Source of the DNA: Octopus sinensis
Taxonomy: Eukaryota
Length of the DNA: 61,163 nucleotides
Reading direction: 5' to 3'
Assembly: GCF_006345805.1 (NCBI RefSeq)
Contig: NW_021832398.1
Coordinates: forward strand, 1 to 61,163
Shown here in pieces: positions 39,085-50,434 of this stretch (position 1 is its first letter; every line of letters starts with the position of its first letter). Made by a program: the position numbers and the translations under genes. The notes under the pieces are model-generated. The model had not been told where the DNA came from. It saw only the letters and a list, made by a program, of their open reading frames with translations, and did no database searches.

Positions 39085-40010
39085 GTCGTCTAAATTATGC
39101 AAAATTTAAAATAACTCTGACATCTCACTTTAACAGATATATTTATCAAAATTACATTAAAATATTTTGAATACTAAAGAGTAAATTTATTCAATATAAT
39201 TGCCATTTGCTTCAACGATGGCCTCCGGATGACTTTGGAATCTCCTGCAACTCTTCAAGACGGTCTCCTTGTTTAAGTTGATGAATGCTGCCATAATCCT
39301 TGCCTTCAGTTCATCTTCGCTGTTACAAGGAGTTTCGTGGGTCTCTCGTTCAATTGTGCTCCACACATAATAGTCAAGGGGGTTGCAGTCTGGGGAGTTA
39401 GGTGGCCAGATGTCAGGGGTGATGTGGTTGCAGAAATTGTCTGACAGCCATGACTGGGTTCTTCTGCTTGTGTGGCATGTTGCAGAGTCCTGTTGTCAGA
39501 CATAGAATCTTCCAGCAGTCACCTTCTTGATCCAGGGCACCACTACCTCCTCCAGGCACTTGATGTAGGCCTCTGTGTGCGAAGATGAATGGAGGCATAA
39601 TGTTGCCATCACTAGTGCTGACTCCAAACACCGTGATGTTGACTGGATGTTTAATTTTTATTATTCTCGGTACATGTTTTGGGGACACAGTAAGCCAACA
39701 ATTGTTCTGTGTGTTCACCATCTGATCCTGGTAGAATTTTTTCTTGTCTGAGAAAACCCAAAGCATATTAGGTTGGAGGGGATGCTTGAGTTTGTTGAAA
39801 AGCTTCATAGCGCAGTCTTCCCTCTTGTCCTTGATGGGATGGGATAAAAATGGCCCTTTCTCATCTTGTATGAGGAATACCAAATATCTTCATGCACTAC
39901 CTGCCTGATAGGAAACTCAAACATACCCATGTCCCTTGTGATGGACCTGATTGACTTAGAGGGATTGTTGTCAATCATGGTCTGAATCTCACCAACAAAT
40001 TCAGTTTTTT
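39085..40010 (-). mobile_element. Tc1/mariner-superfamily relic, maT(DD37D)-like
   Basis: VFSDKKKFYQDQ, VFGVSTSDG...PFIF, WPPNSPDCNPLDYYVW. Confidence 0.8.
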
Positions 40011-40049
40011 AATGTACTTTGCTCTATATATAAAGTGCACTCAATACTG

Positions 40050-42740
40050 AATTTGTGAAGCATGGAAAAACTTAAAGATATACCAATTTTACCATTTCCT
40101 TCCAAGGACACATATTTATTATCATTACCTCAGAAAACAAATACTTAATTAAAGGAATGAGATGGAAGGCATTCTTTTATGACAACAAAGGAACAATAAA
40201 TGACCAAAGGAATAATACTTATGGACTTAAATCATATACAAACCCTCCACATAATCCGCTATTAATAGACTTTGAAAATGCTATTTTAGAAATGATAAAA
40301 TCCATAAAATTCTCTACATTTATACCAAATATCAAAAAAATCTTACCAAGATAGTCAACAAAATTATAAAATCACCTAATATACATGTTTTCTCTGATAA
40401 AACAGGAAATCTATATTCTATTACTCCTACTAAATACCAAGAATTTATACATAAGGAATTATGCAAATCTTATAAAATTACTAATCCATCAAGTTTAGAA
40501 ATGATAAATAAAGAACATTCTACAATTATGTGTAAATGAGACATTGAAGACTGCACAGAAATATATACTCCAAATGCACCACACTTTAATCTGTAAGACC
40601 ATAAATTAGATTTTAATATTAATCCTACTATTAGACCAATTTGTCCAACTAAATCGGACCTTGGAAGGATAAGTAAGAATATTTTAGATAGAATTATACC
40701 TGTATTAAAGAAAAAACTCAACCATAACCTATGGTTCAGTACAGGAGAAGTAATATCTTGGTTCCATTTACTACCTAATAAGACAAACTTACCATTTTTA
40801 CAATTTGACATTAACAATTATTATGCATCTATATCACCAACTATATTAAATAAAGCTATAATTTTAGCCAAAAATAATACTAACATTACACCATTGGAAA
40901 TTGATATTATTCTATTAGATAGAAAAACACTCATTAAATTCAATGACAAATTACGGTGCCGATCTGGTAATAATAGTTTATTTAATTTATTTGATATTAC
41001 AATGGGATCATCCAATTCGGTACAAATCACAGACCTAGTAGGACTATATTTATTATATGAGACTAAACACTACTTTCCATCTTTGATTGGAGGATTATAT
41101 AAAGATGATGCACTCCTAGTCTATAATGGTAGATCCAAAAGAAATATAGGAAAAATGAGAGGAACTACAAAAATTTTATTAAAATTTTGGTTTATTTATC
41201 ACATTTGAGGAAAGTTATTCTAAAGCTAATTTTTTAGACGTAATCTTAGACCTTAATAATTCAGCCTACTCTCCATTTCATAAACCTAATGAATATCTTA
41301 AATATATAAATATTAATTCAAATCATCATAGATCATTACTTAAAATTATCGTAAATAGTATATCTACTAGAATATCTGACCTATCTTATAATGAAGAAAT
41401 TTTTAATAATCATGCTAATTATTACAATCATGCTTTAGCTGCTAGTGGATTCAAACAAAATATTAAATACATAAAGGATACTAAACTAAAAATTTACATA
41501 ACACAAATGGAATTAAACAAAAATACATGTGATACTAAAATAAGAAATAAAGATAACCTTAACTATAACAATAATATGCAATTAATACAAAATGAAGAAA
41601 CTTCTACACAACACAATAAAAAAAAAACTAGAAAAAATAATGATAGGCAAAGAACTAAATATAATAATAACAATAAATACTCAATGAAAAATATACAAAT
41701 CCTAAAACCAATATATAAACGTAATAAACTACCCAATAGGAGTGCAAAGAGATAAATTATTTGGTACGCACCTCCATTTTCATTAAATGTTAAGGGTTTA
41801 GCAAAAAGGTTTTTAAATATAGTTAAAATAAGTTTTCCTAGGAATTATAAATATCATCACATATTTAACAGATCATCAATTAAAATATCCTTCTCTACAA
41901 CAGCAAACATAGGATCTGTTATCGCCTATTCTAATAAAAGAAAAATTAACAATATAAAAACAGCTGTAATAATAATAACAATAATAAGATAAGAAATAGT
42001 AATAGGAGTATATGTAATACTCAAAATACTGGAACACCTAACAATAATATTGATATAAAAAAACCAAAGCAAAATTCTAACTACAATACATGTGAAAATA
42101 GACAAAATGCCTCAGATAATATAATACCTCAAGCTAATAAAAATAAAAATAATAATTCACAGACAATAAATATATCTAACTCTACGATAAATAATGCTAA
42201 AATAAATTCAACAATAATACCATACACCACAAATAACCATCACAATAGTAGACACTATTCATCTGAACAGAAATATAAAAATAAGAACTGCTCATGTAAA
42301 AATAAAAAAAATTATGCCCTTTAAAAGGCAATTGTAGAAGATTTAACGTAATATACAAATGCATAGTTACATTAATTAATAATTCACATAGTATGGTATA
42401 TATAAGTAGTTCTGTTAATTTTAAACAAAGATTTTTAGCACATATACACTCCTTTAAGCCAAATATAGCTACCAATACGACGTCATTAGCTACATATATA
42501 CATAAACTTAAGAAAAACAAAGTTAACTATAAATTAGATTGGTCAATAATAGATTCAGCCACACCATACACACATAAATCTAAAAGTTGCCGTCTCTGTA
42601 TGAAAGAATCACTGTATATATTATTATATAAACATAAGAACTTAATAAATTGTCAATCAGAAGCACTTTCAACATGTAGGCATAGTTTTTATAAAACCTT
42701 TAAATATTATAGGAGATCTAATAAATATTTAGATTAATGA
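40050..42740 (+). mobile_element. Near full-length Penelope-like element, frameshifted (Naiad-like)
   Basis: MRWKAFF, FDITMGSSNS, GGLYKDD, IIWYAPPF, CSC...CPLKGNC, VIYKC...VYISSS, CRLC...STCRH. Confidence 0.9.
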
Positions 42741-43234
42741 CTATATATATAGATTTTTCTTTTTTGTGATATCAAAATATAGGGTGATACTTACAAATAG
42801 ATTGATAGATAAATTAATTAGAATTATTTGACTATATGTTTTTGTTTGTTTGTTTGTTTTTTCCAGTTTCAGCTCTTGAGCTGTGGCCATGCTGGGGCAC
42901 CGCCATTGTGGTGAAAGAGTACAGCAGGGATCACCACCCCCTGCCGGAAAATATGCAAATTTACAAACATAAATTATACATTAAATAAAGATTGAATAGA
43001 TATTCTTGGAATTAGAACCTATGTACATCAAATCTATAACAAATGGACAGTTATAATTGCATTAAATTTTAAAATCTAAAAACTTTAATTGGCATCTTCC
43101 AATTATAAAAATATTTTGACCAATTTATAATTTTATAACTTCACATATAATTTAAAATATAATTTTATTTTATATTATTTAAGTCTATGAACTATATTTG
43201 GAATACAAGACAATACACTGAATTTTATACATAA

Positions 43235-44655
43235 CAAGCACTAAGACCCAGCGTTGCTGGGTCTAGTGCTAGTGCTTGTTGTTCATTGCTGGGTCACAGT
43301 AAATATTTTTCACTAAATCAAGAGCAAAGTTTCTTATCACATTTCAGCCCGGGCCAGTTTTGAACTAGTTGGAGCTTTTTATGAGAGTAATTAATATTCA
43401 TTGGACTTCGGTTTTCACACCTGGAACGGTATAATCATGGAAAATTAGTGGGACTGTGCACATGCCATTAGTTGGACAAAAAAGGAGGCAGAAGAAAGCA
43501 AAAAACTTGAATTGGTCGCAAAATAGCATGATTTTGAAAATACACACAAATCTCGTTTGTTGAGTTTTGGTTTCACACCCAACCCAGTTCTGCGCAATCA
43601 GTGTCGCGATGGGAATGCATGGGTTAGGAGTTTGACTGGCAGAGGTGATCAAGTTGCACATGCCAGCCCTTTTAACACCAACCGCCCCTCACCTAATCCC
43701 CTCGTCCTATGAGTGAATAGCAATGGTGGGAAGAAAAGTGCTGATTTTGGCAAAAAGGCAGAGCAATTAGAGCCCAAAAAACAGCATTCAAAGTGATTTT
43801 ATGAGTATGACACATTGAAGCAATTAATGCAGTAAGGTCAATAGTTATAAGTTCATGATGCATAGAAGTACGTAAGACATCAAGTTCAACTAAGGTATTA
43901 ATAATAGGTATGCCTTTGTGCCAGAAGGCTAATTGGGCTCCTGATCCACTGAAACAGATGAGGTTAGGTTCAGAACACAACTAAACCTTCAACTAAAACC
44001 TAGACTAACCTTACGGGAGGGGGCTCGGGAGCCTCTAATAGGCAACTTCTAATCCCGATTTATCACTAACCCATCCTAGGGGTTCTAAATGACATGGCTG
44101 TAGAGGAAATTGGCTGTGGAGATGTGCATGGCGGGTTTGTTTTGGAGGAGGATGACTGCATTGGATTAAGGACCATTGAAGAATGTAGTTTTGGAGATCC
44201 TAACTCGTTAATTATTCCCTGCATTTCTCAAATAAGAAAAGCATGCATGTTTGAAAGCCAAAACACGTGATAACACATCCTCACAAAACACACTGCAAAT
44301 GCTCATGTGCATTCAACTGTTAAGGGTAAAATGACCTCCGTCCAATCAAAAAACAGCTGGCAGTCTACTGGCATATCTAGCTGTACACACGCACGGCATA
44401 CAAATTTCTATGTTCTAGTGATTTTGAATGAATATGCCCATAACTTAAAAAATCGATAAACTGACACCATAAAGGGTCGGTTTTTTTTTGTTTTGTTTTT
44501 TTAATGGCTTTCTGGGGTGACTGGGGAAGTGAAAAGATCTTCACAACCACCCTCAGACAGTTTTGAAAGCCCATGCGAGCCTTTTACGTGAAAAACTGTG
44601 GATGTGTATAAAGGACACACAAACACAGACATTTTGCCATTTATAGACATAGAGA
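43235..44655 (-). mobile_element. Complete non-autonomous Helitron (1421 bp)
   Basis: 5'-TC, 3' hairpin gacccagc-gtt-gctgggtc, CTTG end (CTAG variant), A|T target with no TSD. Confidence 0.75.
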
Positions 44656-45230
44656 TTATTATGGATTGCTACAGAAGAGTTACCAAGGAGACATAGGAAC
44701 TTCAAGATTCTCATACTAAAGTGTATTTACCAAAATCAAAAGCAGTAATTTTTAATTTATATTTCAAACAAACACCGTTTTCCCATATATTATATTTAAA
44801 AAAAAAAAACCTATCATTCATTAAATTATACAAATTTCACATTTGATATTACTGGAGAGAAGAAGAGTTATCTATAAATGCTTATCAATATAGGACTCCA
44901 TTATTCTATATTATCTAAGTCTGTGAACTATATGTAGAATACAAGACAGTATAATGGATTTTACACATAAATATTATGGATTATTACAGAATACTAACCT
45001 AAGAAGTATATATGGATTTAAAGACTCTCATACTAAAGTGTACTTACCAAAATCAAAAGCAGAGATTTTTAATTTATATTTCAAACAAACACCATTTTAT
45101 ATAGTATTACTTCAAATTTAAAAAAAAAAACTACCATTCAATATATTATATACAAAATTCAAATTTTATATCTCTGAAGAGCAGAAGAGTTGTCTATAAA
45201 TGCTTATCAATATAAGATTTCCATTATAGA
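44656..45230. repeat. ~317-bp tandem repeat whose first unit starts at ~43180 and is split by the Helitron
   Basis: ctcatactaaagtgta...caaaatcaaaagcag at ~44710 and ~45027. Confidence 0.8.
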
Positions 45231-45360
45231 GACAGCAATTCTGTGAAACGATCATAAGATGCTTTAAGAACTTAATTCAAATCTTTTAAACTGTCATATA
45301 CTTTATATATTTATACTTATACATATTTACATATATTTTTATACATAAAATCCTTAAAAA

Positions 45361-46052
45361 TGTTTCAGCCCGAAGGCTGCGGCCATGCTGGGGCACCACC
45401 ACTGAATGAGCTACACTAATATGTGAATCCACCTCTGATACGTGGCACTTGGTCAACAAGGGAGTTCGATGCCACTGCCCGCATCTGTGTCTCCTGTCGT
45501 GAGGTAGGTTCATCTGGGACCCCTGACAAGAAGAGATCCAGTTTAGTTTTAAAGAAACTCACATCCACACCATGCAAGTCTCTCAGGCATTTAGGGAGGA
45601 TGTTAAAGAGCTGTGGTCCTCTGAAACCCAAGTTGTTGCAGTATCTGGTCCTGTATTTTGATGGTGATGTTGGAATCTTTGGCACCATGCAGTGGCGCCC
45701 CGTTCTGTGGTTGGGGTAACTTTGAATGCCAAAGTTTGAGACAAGACCCTCCAGGATTTTTCAGATGTATATCACTGCATATCTCTCCCGCCTTCGCTCT
45801 AGGGAGAAGAGTTTTAATACTTTCAGTCTTTCCCAGTAGCTGATATGTTGCATTAAGACGATCTTCTTTGTGTAGCTTCTTTGAATTGCTTTGAGTTCTG
45901 CTGTTAGTTTTATATTGTGTGGTAACCATAGTTGGGAGCAGTAGTCCAAGCAGCTGAGGACGAAAGTTTTCCACAGGACCATCAGTGTCTCCTTCTCTCT
46001 TGTTCTGAAAGTTTGGAGAATCCATCCAGCTAGCCGTCTGCATTTTATCACC
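45361..46052 (-). mobile_element. CR1/L2-clade LINE 3' fragment, same family as 32970-34682
   Basis: LSCLDYCSQLW, SLERRRERYAVIY, RGPQLFNILP, VPDEPT. Confidence 0.9.
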
Positions 46053-46304
46053 AAATTAGTAATATTATTTATATTATTTATATTTTTAATATATTTATAT
46101 TTTTAATATAACAATTATTTTACACATGTATATATCTTTCTGAAGAATTTTCTAATATTGATTTCCTGATATTAATAATAATATATTATTAAATATATAA
46201 ATACTTTAATAGTATTAATACTTTGATACAATAGAGCACTCAATATAAATTCAGTGTATAATATTGTCATTGAATATATTTAGCTAAAGATATATATATA
46301 TATA

Positions 46305-46700
46305 CTAGCAGAAATGCCCGGCAATGCTCGGGGCTGAATTGCTTGAAAGTACTGTTAATGATTGCACTGAATTATGATGATTATTCAGGCAAATATTGAT
46401 ATAAATTTACGGCGAATGAATGTATTTGTAAGTGTATAGAAAGCTGTGTAAAGGGGTTCCTACTCCCTCGTAGAATGGTGTAAGAATTGAATGCAAGGTT
46501 GCCTTGAAAAGAGCCATGTTATTGTTCTCATAATTGTAAGAATTTGATAGTCGTGGATGGCGGTGTAAAATGTTCGCAGGTGAATAGGGTCTCTTCGTTT
46601 TCCACAAACGGCAGCGGATGTGCTGTTACAAAACTTCATGCTGTGTTAAAAGAGAATGGATGTCCTATGTAGGCAAAGTGTTCCCAACAGTTATTAGTTG
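46305..46700 (-). mobile_element. Helitron 3' end with a possible RepHel remnant
   Basis: Hairpin CCCGGCA-A-TGC(T)CGGG ~8 nt from CTAG|T; LWKTKRPYSPANILHR resembles the Helitron LW...S.DILHR motif as I recall it. Confidence 0.55.
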
Positions 46701-46784
46701 TAGTGGTAGAGTGTTTATGCCGAATATGTACATATGCATGTATATATATGTATGTATGCCTGTATATATGTACAAAATCCACTG

Positions 46785-46900
46785 AGAAGGCTTTTGTTGG
46801 TCTGAAGTTACAGCAGAAGACACATGCCAAGTCACCACACAGTGGGACTGAACCCAGGACCATGTGTTTGGAACGTAGTTTGTTACCACACAGCCACACC
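46785..46900 (-). mobile_element. SINE type A 5' fragment
   Basis: Matches 27094-27215 reversed. Confidence 0.7.
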
Positions 46901-47937
46901 TGCCCCTATGTGTGTGTGTGTGCGTATGTGTGTATGGGTAGATATATTATGTATATATATGTGTATATATATGTATGTGTACATATTACATGTACATCTA
47001 TATATATACATCTACACATAAAATACAAAATACAAAGTTATATCTTGATATCGCTAGTGATAACAATACTCAAAATATATACCAGACTGGAATTGTAGGC
47101 CCGTCTCTTGCAATTTCGATCAATTGGATCTTGTCCTCCCTCTTGTATAGAAGTGTACGGCTGCAGTGAAATTCATTTTTGGACTTTCTTCTATCGAAGG
47201 CATTTTAACAAAAATGCTTCCGTAAAGACGGTGAAAATATTGTCAGTTTCCCCAAACAGGGACACGATTCAATTTTTAAACAATAACCAAAGCCCCTTCT
47301 CCGAAAGGGGGAGGGTTACGGTTTACAATTATTTAACAAATGCAACACAACAACGTTTCCCTGACGAGGAACCCACAAACGAAATTACAATAGTCAAACA
47401 GTAATAATAATAACAAACCTTTTTAATTTATTCCCATTTATGTGAAACCACTTATTCAAGTTCAAGTCATTGATGCAATTTTATACAAATTGCTAATACT
47501 CACACACACACATAATAAGGGTGAAAAATTGAATATTAATTTGATTAATATGAATTGAAAACCAGTGGTGTAGCATATAAGACCATAGTGGATCTTCCTC
47601 TAGCAAAAAGGATGACCAGTATTAATGGCTCATCCCTTTTATATAAATACTTTCACTTTAATTGTTGCACACTTGCAAAGAAAAAGGAGGAGAAAGTGTA
47701 GTGGTAATGGAAGGAGTGAAGCACTTGAAATGAGAGAGGCAAATCGTAAAATATTGAGTTTTCTCGAATTTTTGCTTAATTGGGGGTCAAATTGAAAAAA
47801 CTTTACATGCCATGACCCAATCAAATCTACTTGGAAAAATCATAGGTAAATTCCAATTGAAGAAATTCTATATTGTAGAAAGATTCAGATGAATATGGTA
47901 CTTAAGTTAAAGGCACCAGAATTCAAAATGAGGTGAT

Positions 47938-48279
47938 TATAATCAAAATAAGCAACAAGGATATCCAGAGGTAATGCAGTACGATCGTTTCATGCGACTC
48001 CATTCAATTGAACAATGCAAACATTACATCAATTTAAAATGTCGAGCAATCTTCAGCTGCATAAAAATATAGAATTTAGTTAAATTCGAAGGAATTATTT
48101 GTATAATTTTCTTTTTATCCAAAATCACCAAGAGGATAAGAAGATAGACAAAGAACATGTTTTATCAACAACATCACAGTTGTAACAACTGTGATGTTGC
48201 ATTGTTCAATTAAATGGAGTCGCATGAAACGATCGTATTGCATTACCTCTGGATATCCTTGTTGCTTGTTTTGATTATA
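47938..48279. repeat. Foldback/MITE-like element with ~90-bp inverted arms
   Basis: 47938-48027 versus 48190-48279, only a few mismatches, TA at both ends. Confidence 0.8.
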
Positions 48280-48344
48280 TATATACACACACACACACAC
48301 ATATATGTGATGCTTGTATGTATTTATCTATGTATATATATAAT

Positions 48345-48377
<33 letters not shown>

Positions 48378-48597
48378 AAGTTCAAATAAAGATTACAAGC
48401 CTCATTAAGGGATAGTAAAATCAATGAAAATACTGGTTAGTTACCTGTACAGAGAATGTTGAACATTACAATTAATATGCAACTGTGAGGTAACTATACA
48501 AACTGTAGTTTATATTTATTTCAATAAGAAAATAGAGAGGCAATAAATTATTATATATATGCATATATATATATATATTATATATATAATATATATA

Positions 48598-48830
48598 TTA
48601 TTTCTTTACTACCCACAAGGGGCTAAACACAGAGGGGACAAACAAGGACAGACAAACGGATTAAGTCGATTACATCGACCCCAGTGGGTAACTGGTACTT
48701 ATTTAATCGACCCCGAAAGGATGAAAGGCAAGTCGACCTCGGCGGAATTTGAACTCAGGACGTAACGGCAGACGAAATACGGCTACGCATTTCGCCCGAC
48801 GTGCTAACGTTTCTGCCAGCTCGCCGCCTT
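48598..48830 (-). mobile_element. tRNA-derived SINE type B, well preserved
   Basis: ggcggcgagctggcagaaacgttagcacg, B-box gagttcaaattcc, central ttcatcctttcggggtcgat. Confidence 0.88.
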
Positions 48831-49041
48831 TATATATATATATATACACACACACACATACACACTGTATTTTAAAGTGTATAAGGAACTCTTTTTTGTC
48901 AAAAATTAGGTTAAAGAAATATGGGAGTTTCTTATACATGGATAGTATTATAATCCCTTATCAAACTGTTTTTCCAATTTTTAAGTCCCCAAAATTAAGG
49001 TGTTCTTTATGCTCAAGGGTTCCTTTTACATGTAAAAATAC

Positions 49042-49077
<36 letters not shown>

Positions 49078-49142
49078 TGTATGTATATATATAAATGTTT
49101 TGTATGAGTATATATACATATATGAGTGTGTATATATGTGTG

Positions 49143-49192
<50 letters not shown>

Positions 49193-49211
49193 TGTGTTTG
49201 TGTATAGGTAC

Positions 49212-49575
49212 TCTTTTAACTGTTTCAGTCATTTAACTGTGGGCATGCTGGAGCACCGCCTTTACTCAAACAAATTCACTGCAGGACTTATCTTTGTAAG
49301 CCTAGTACTTATTCTATCGGTCTCTTTTGCCGAACTCTAAGTTATGGGGACATAAACATACCAGCATTGGCTGTCAAGCGATGGTGGGGCACAAACACAG
49401 GCACATAAACATATGCATATATCTGAGCTTCTTTCAGTTTCCTTCTACCAAATTCACTCACAAGGCTATGGTCAGCCTGAGACTAAAGCAGAAGGCACTT
49501 GTCCAAGGTGCCACACAGTGGGACTGAACCTGAAACCATGTTTTTAGGAAGCAAGCTTCTTACCACACAGCCATA
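49212..49575 (-). mobile_element. SINE type A
   Basis: Reverse complement of ~27100-27460. Confidence 0.8.
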
Positions 49576-50218
49576 TATATATATATGTGTGTGTGTGTGT
49601 GTTTTTAAATTATATCTCTTCATTCATTTTTACCTTAATAAACATGCTTTCTCCATCAAGGTGATGCGTGACTTTGTTTCCCTATAATATCTCTATTCAC
49701 ATCTAGATGTCCCTCATGATAAATTTATATTGTGTTGCAAATAGAATTATGAGCCATCATTGTATATTGACTATAGAAAATAGTCCAGTATGAGGCAATG
49801 AAATCCCCCATAACAGAAGAAAACTGAAATTAGTATGCACAATGTAGCACCCACATTTATTTTCACAATAAGTGTACTGACTGATTACACCTACATATCA
49901 ACCCTTTTTTCTGTTAAATTTCAAAACACAATTTCATTGTAGTAGTTATGTAAATATGTGTGAATTTTGTGTTTATTTAGAAAAGGCAATGAGTAAAATT
50001 TGCTCTGAGAGGACAGGCTTGATTTTTCCCAACAAGTAAAGAAGTAGAAATATCAAGACTTAGTCAATGAGGCTCTGTCAAGGGATGGCATGCAACCTCA
50101 TTCCCCATTGAAATAGGTGGCTTTCCATTTAAATCAGTGTCTTGTTTCTTGCAGAAGATAGGTCTGGAACTCATACAACCAAAGAAAGCCATCAAAGAAA
50201 TAGGCATGGCAGCTGAAA

Positions 50219-50434
50219 TTAGCATTTAGACCAACCATATCCAGCCAAAATATTCTACTTGCTTTATGTTCAAACTGGCCAGATCTAGCCTCTCACACTT
50301 GTCATACAATGTAATTCTAAAACTAAATAATCACATCATTGAAATCTTGAAACTATGAGACAATGTAGAATTAATTCAAAACAATGTGAATAAATAAGCA
50401 TTACATTTGACAGGGTAATCTGAACATGAAAGGA
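50219..50434. mobile_element. piggyBac-type MITE
   Basis: Ends aaagga|TTAA; both ends similar to the termini of 35815-37479; left terminus clipped. Confidence 0.7.

Noticed and set aside
48445-48502. Possible minus-strand exons here and at ~31050-31090, and a plus-strand acceptor at ~50155
   Set aside because: Splice-like signals only, with no recognisable peptide or consistent phase; expected by chance in AT-rich DNA.
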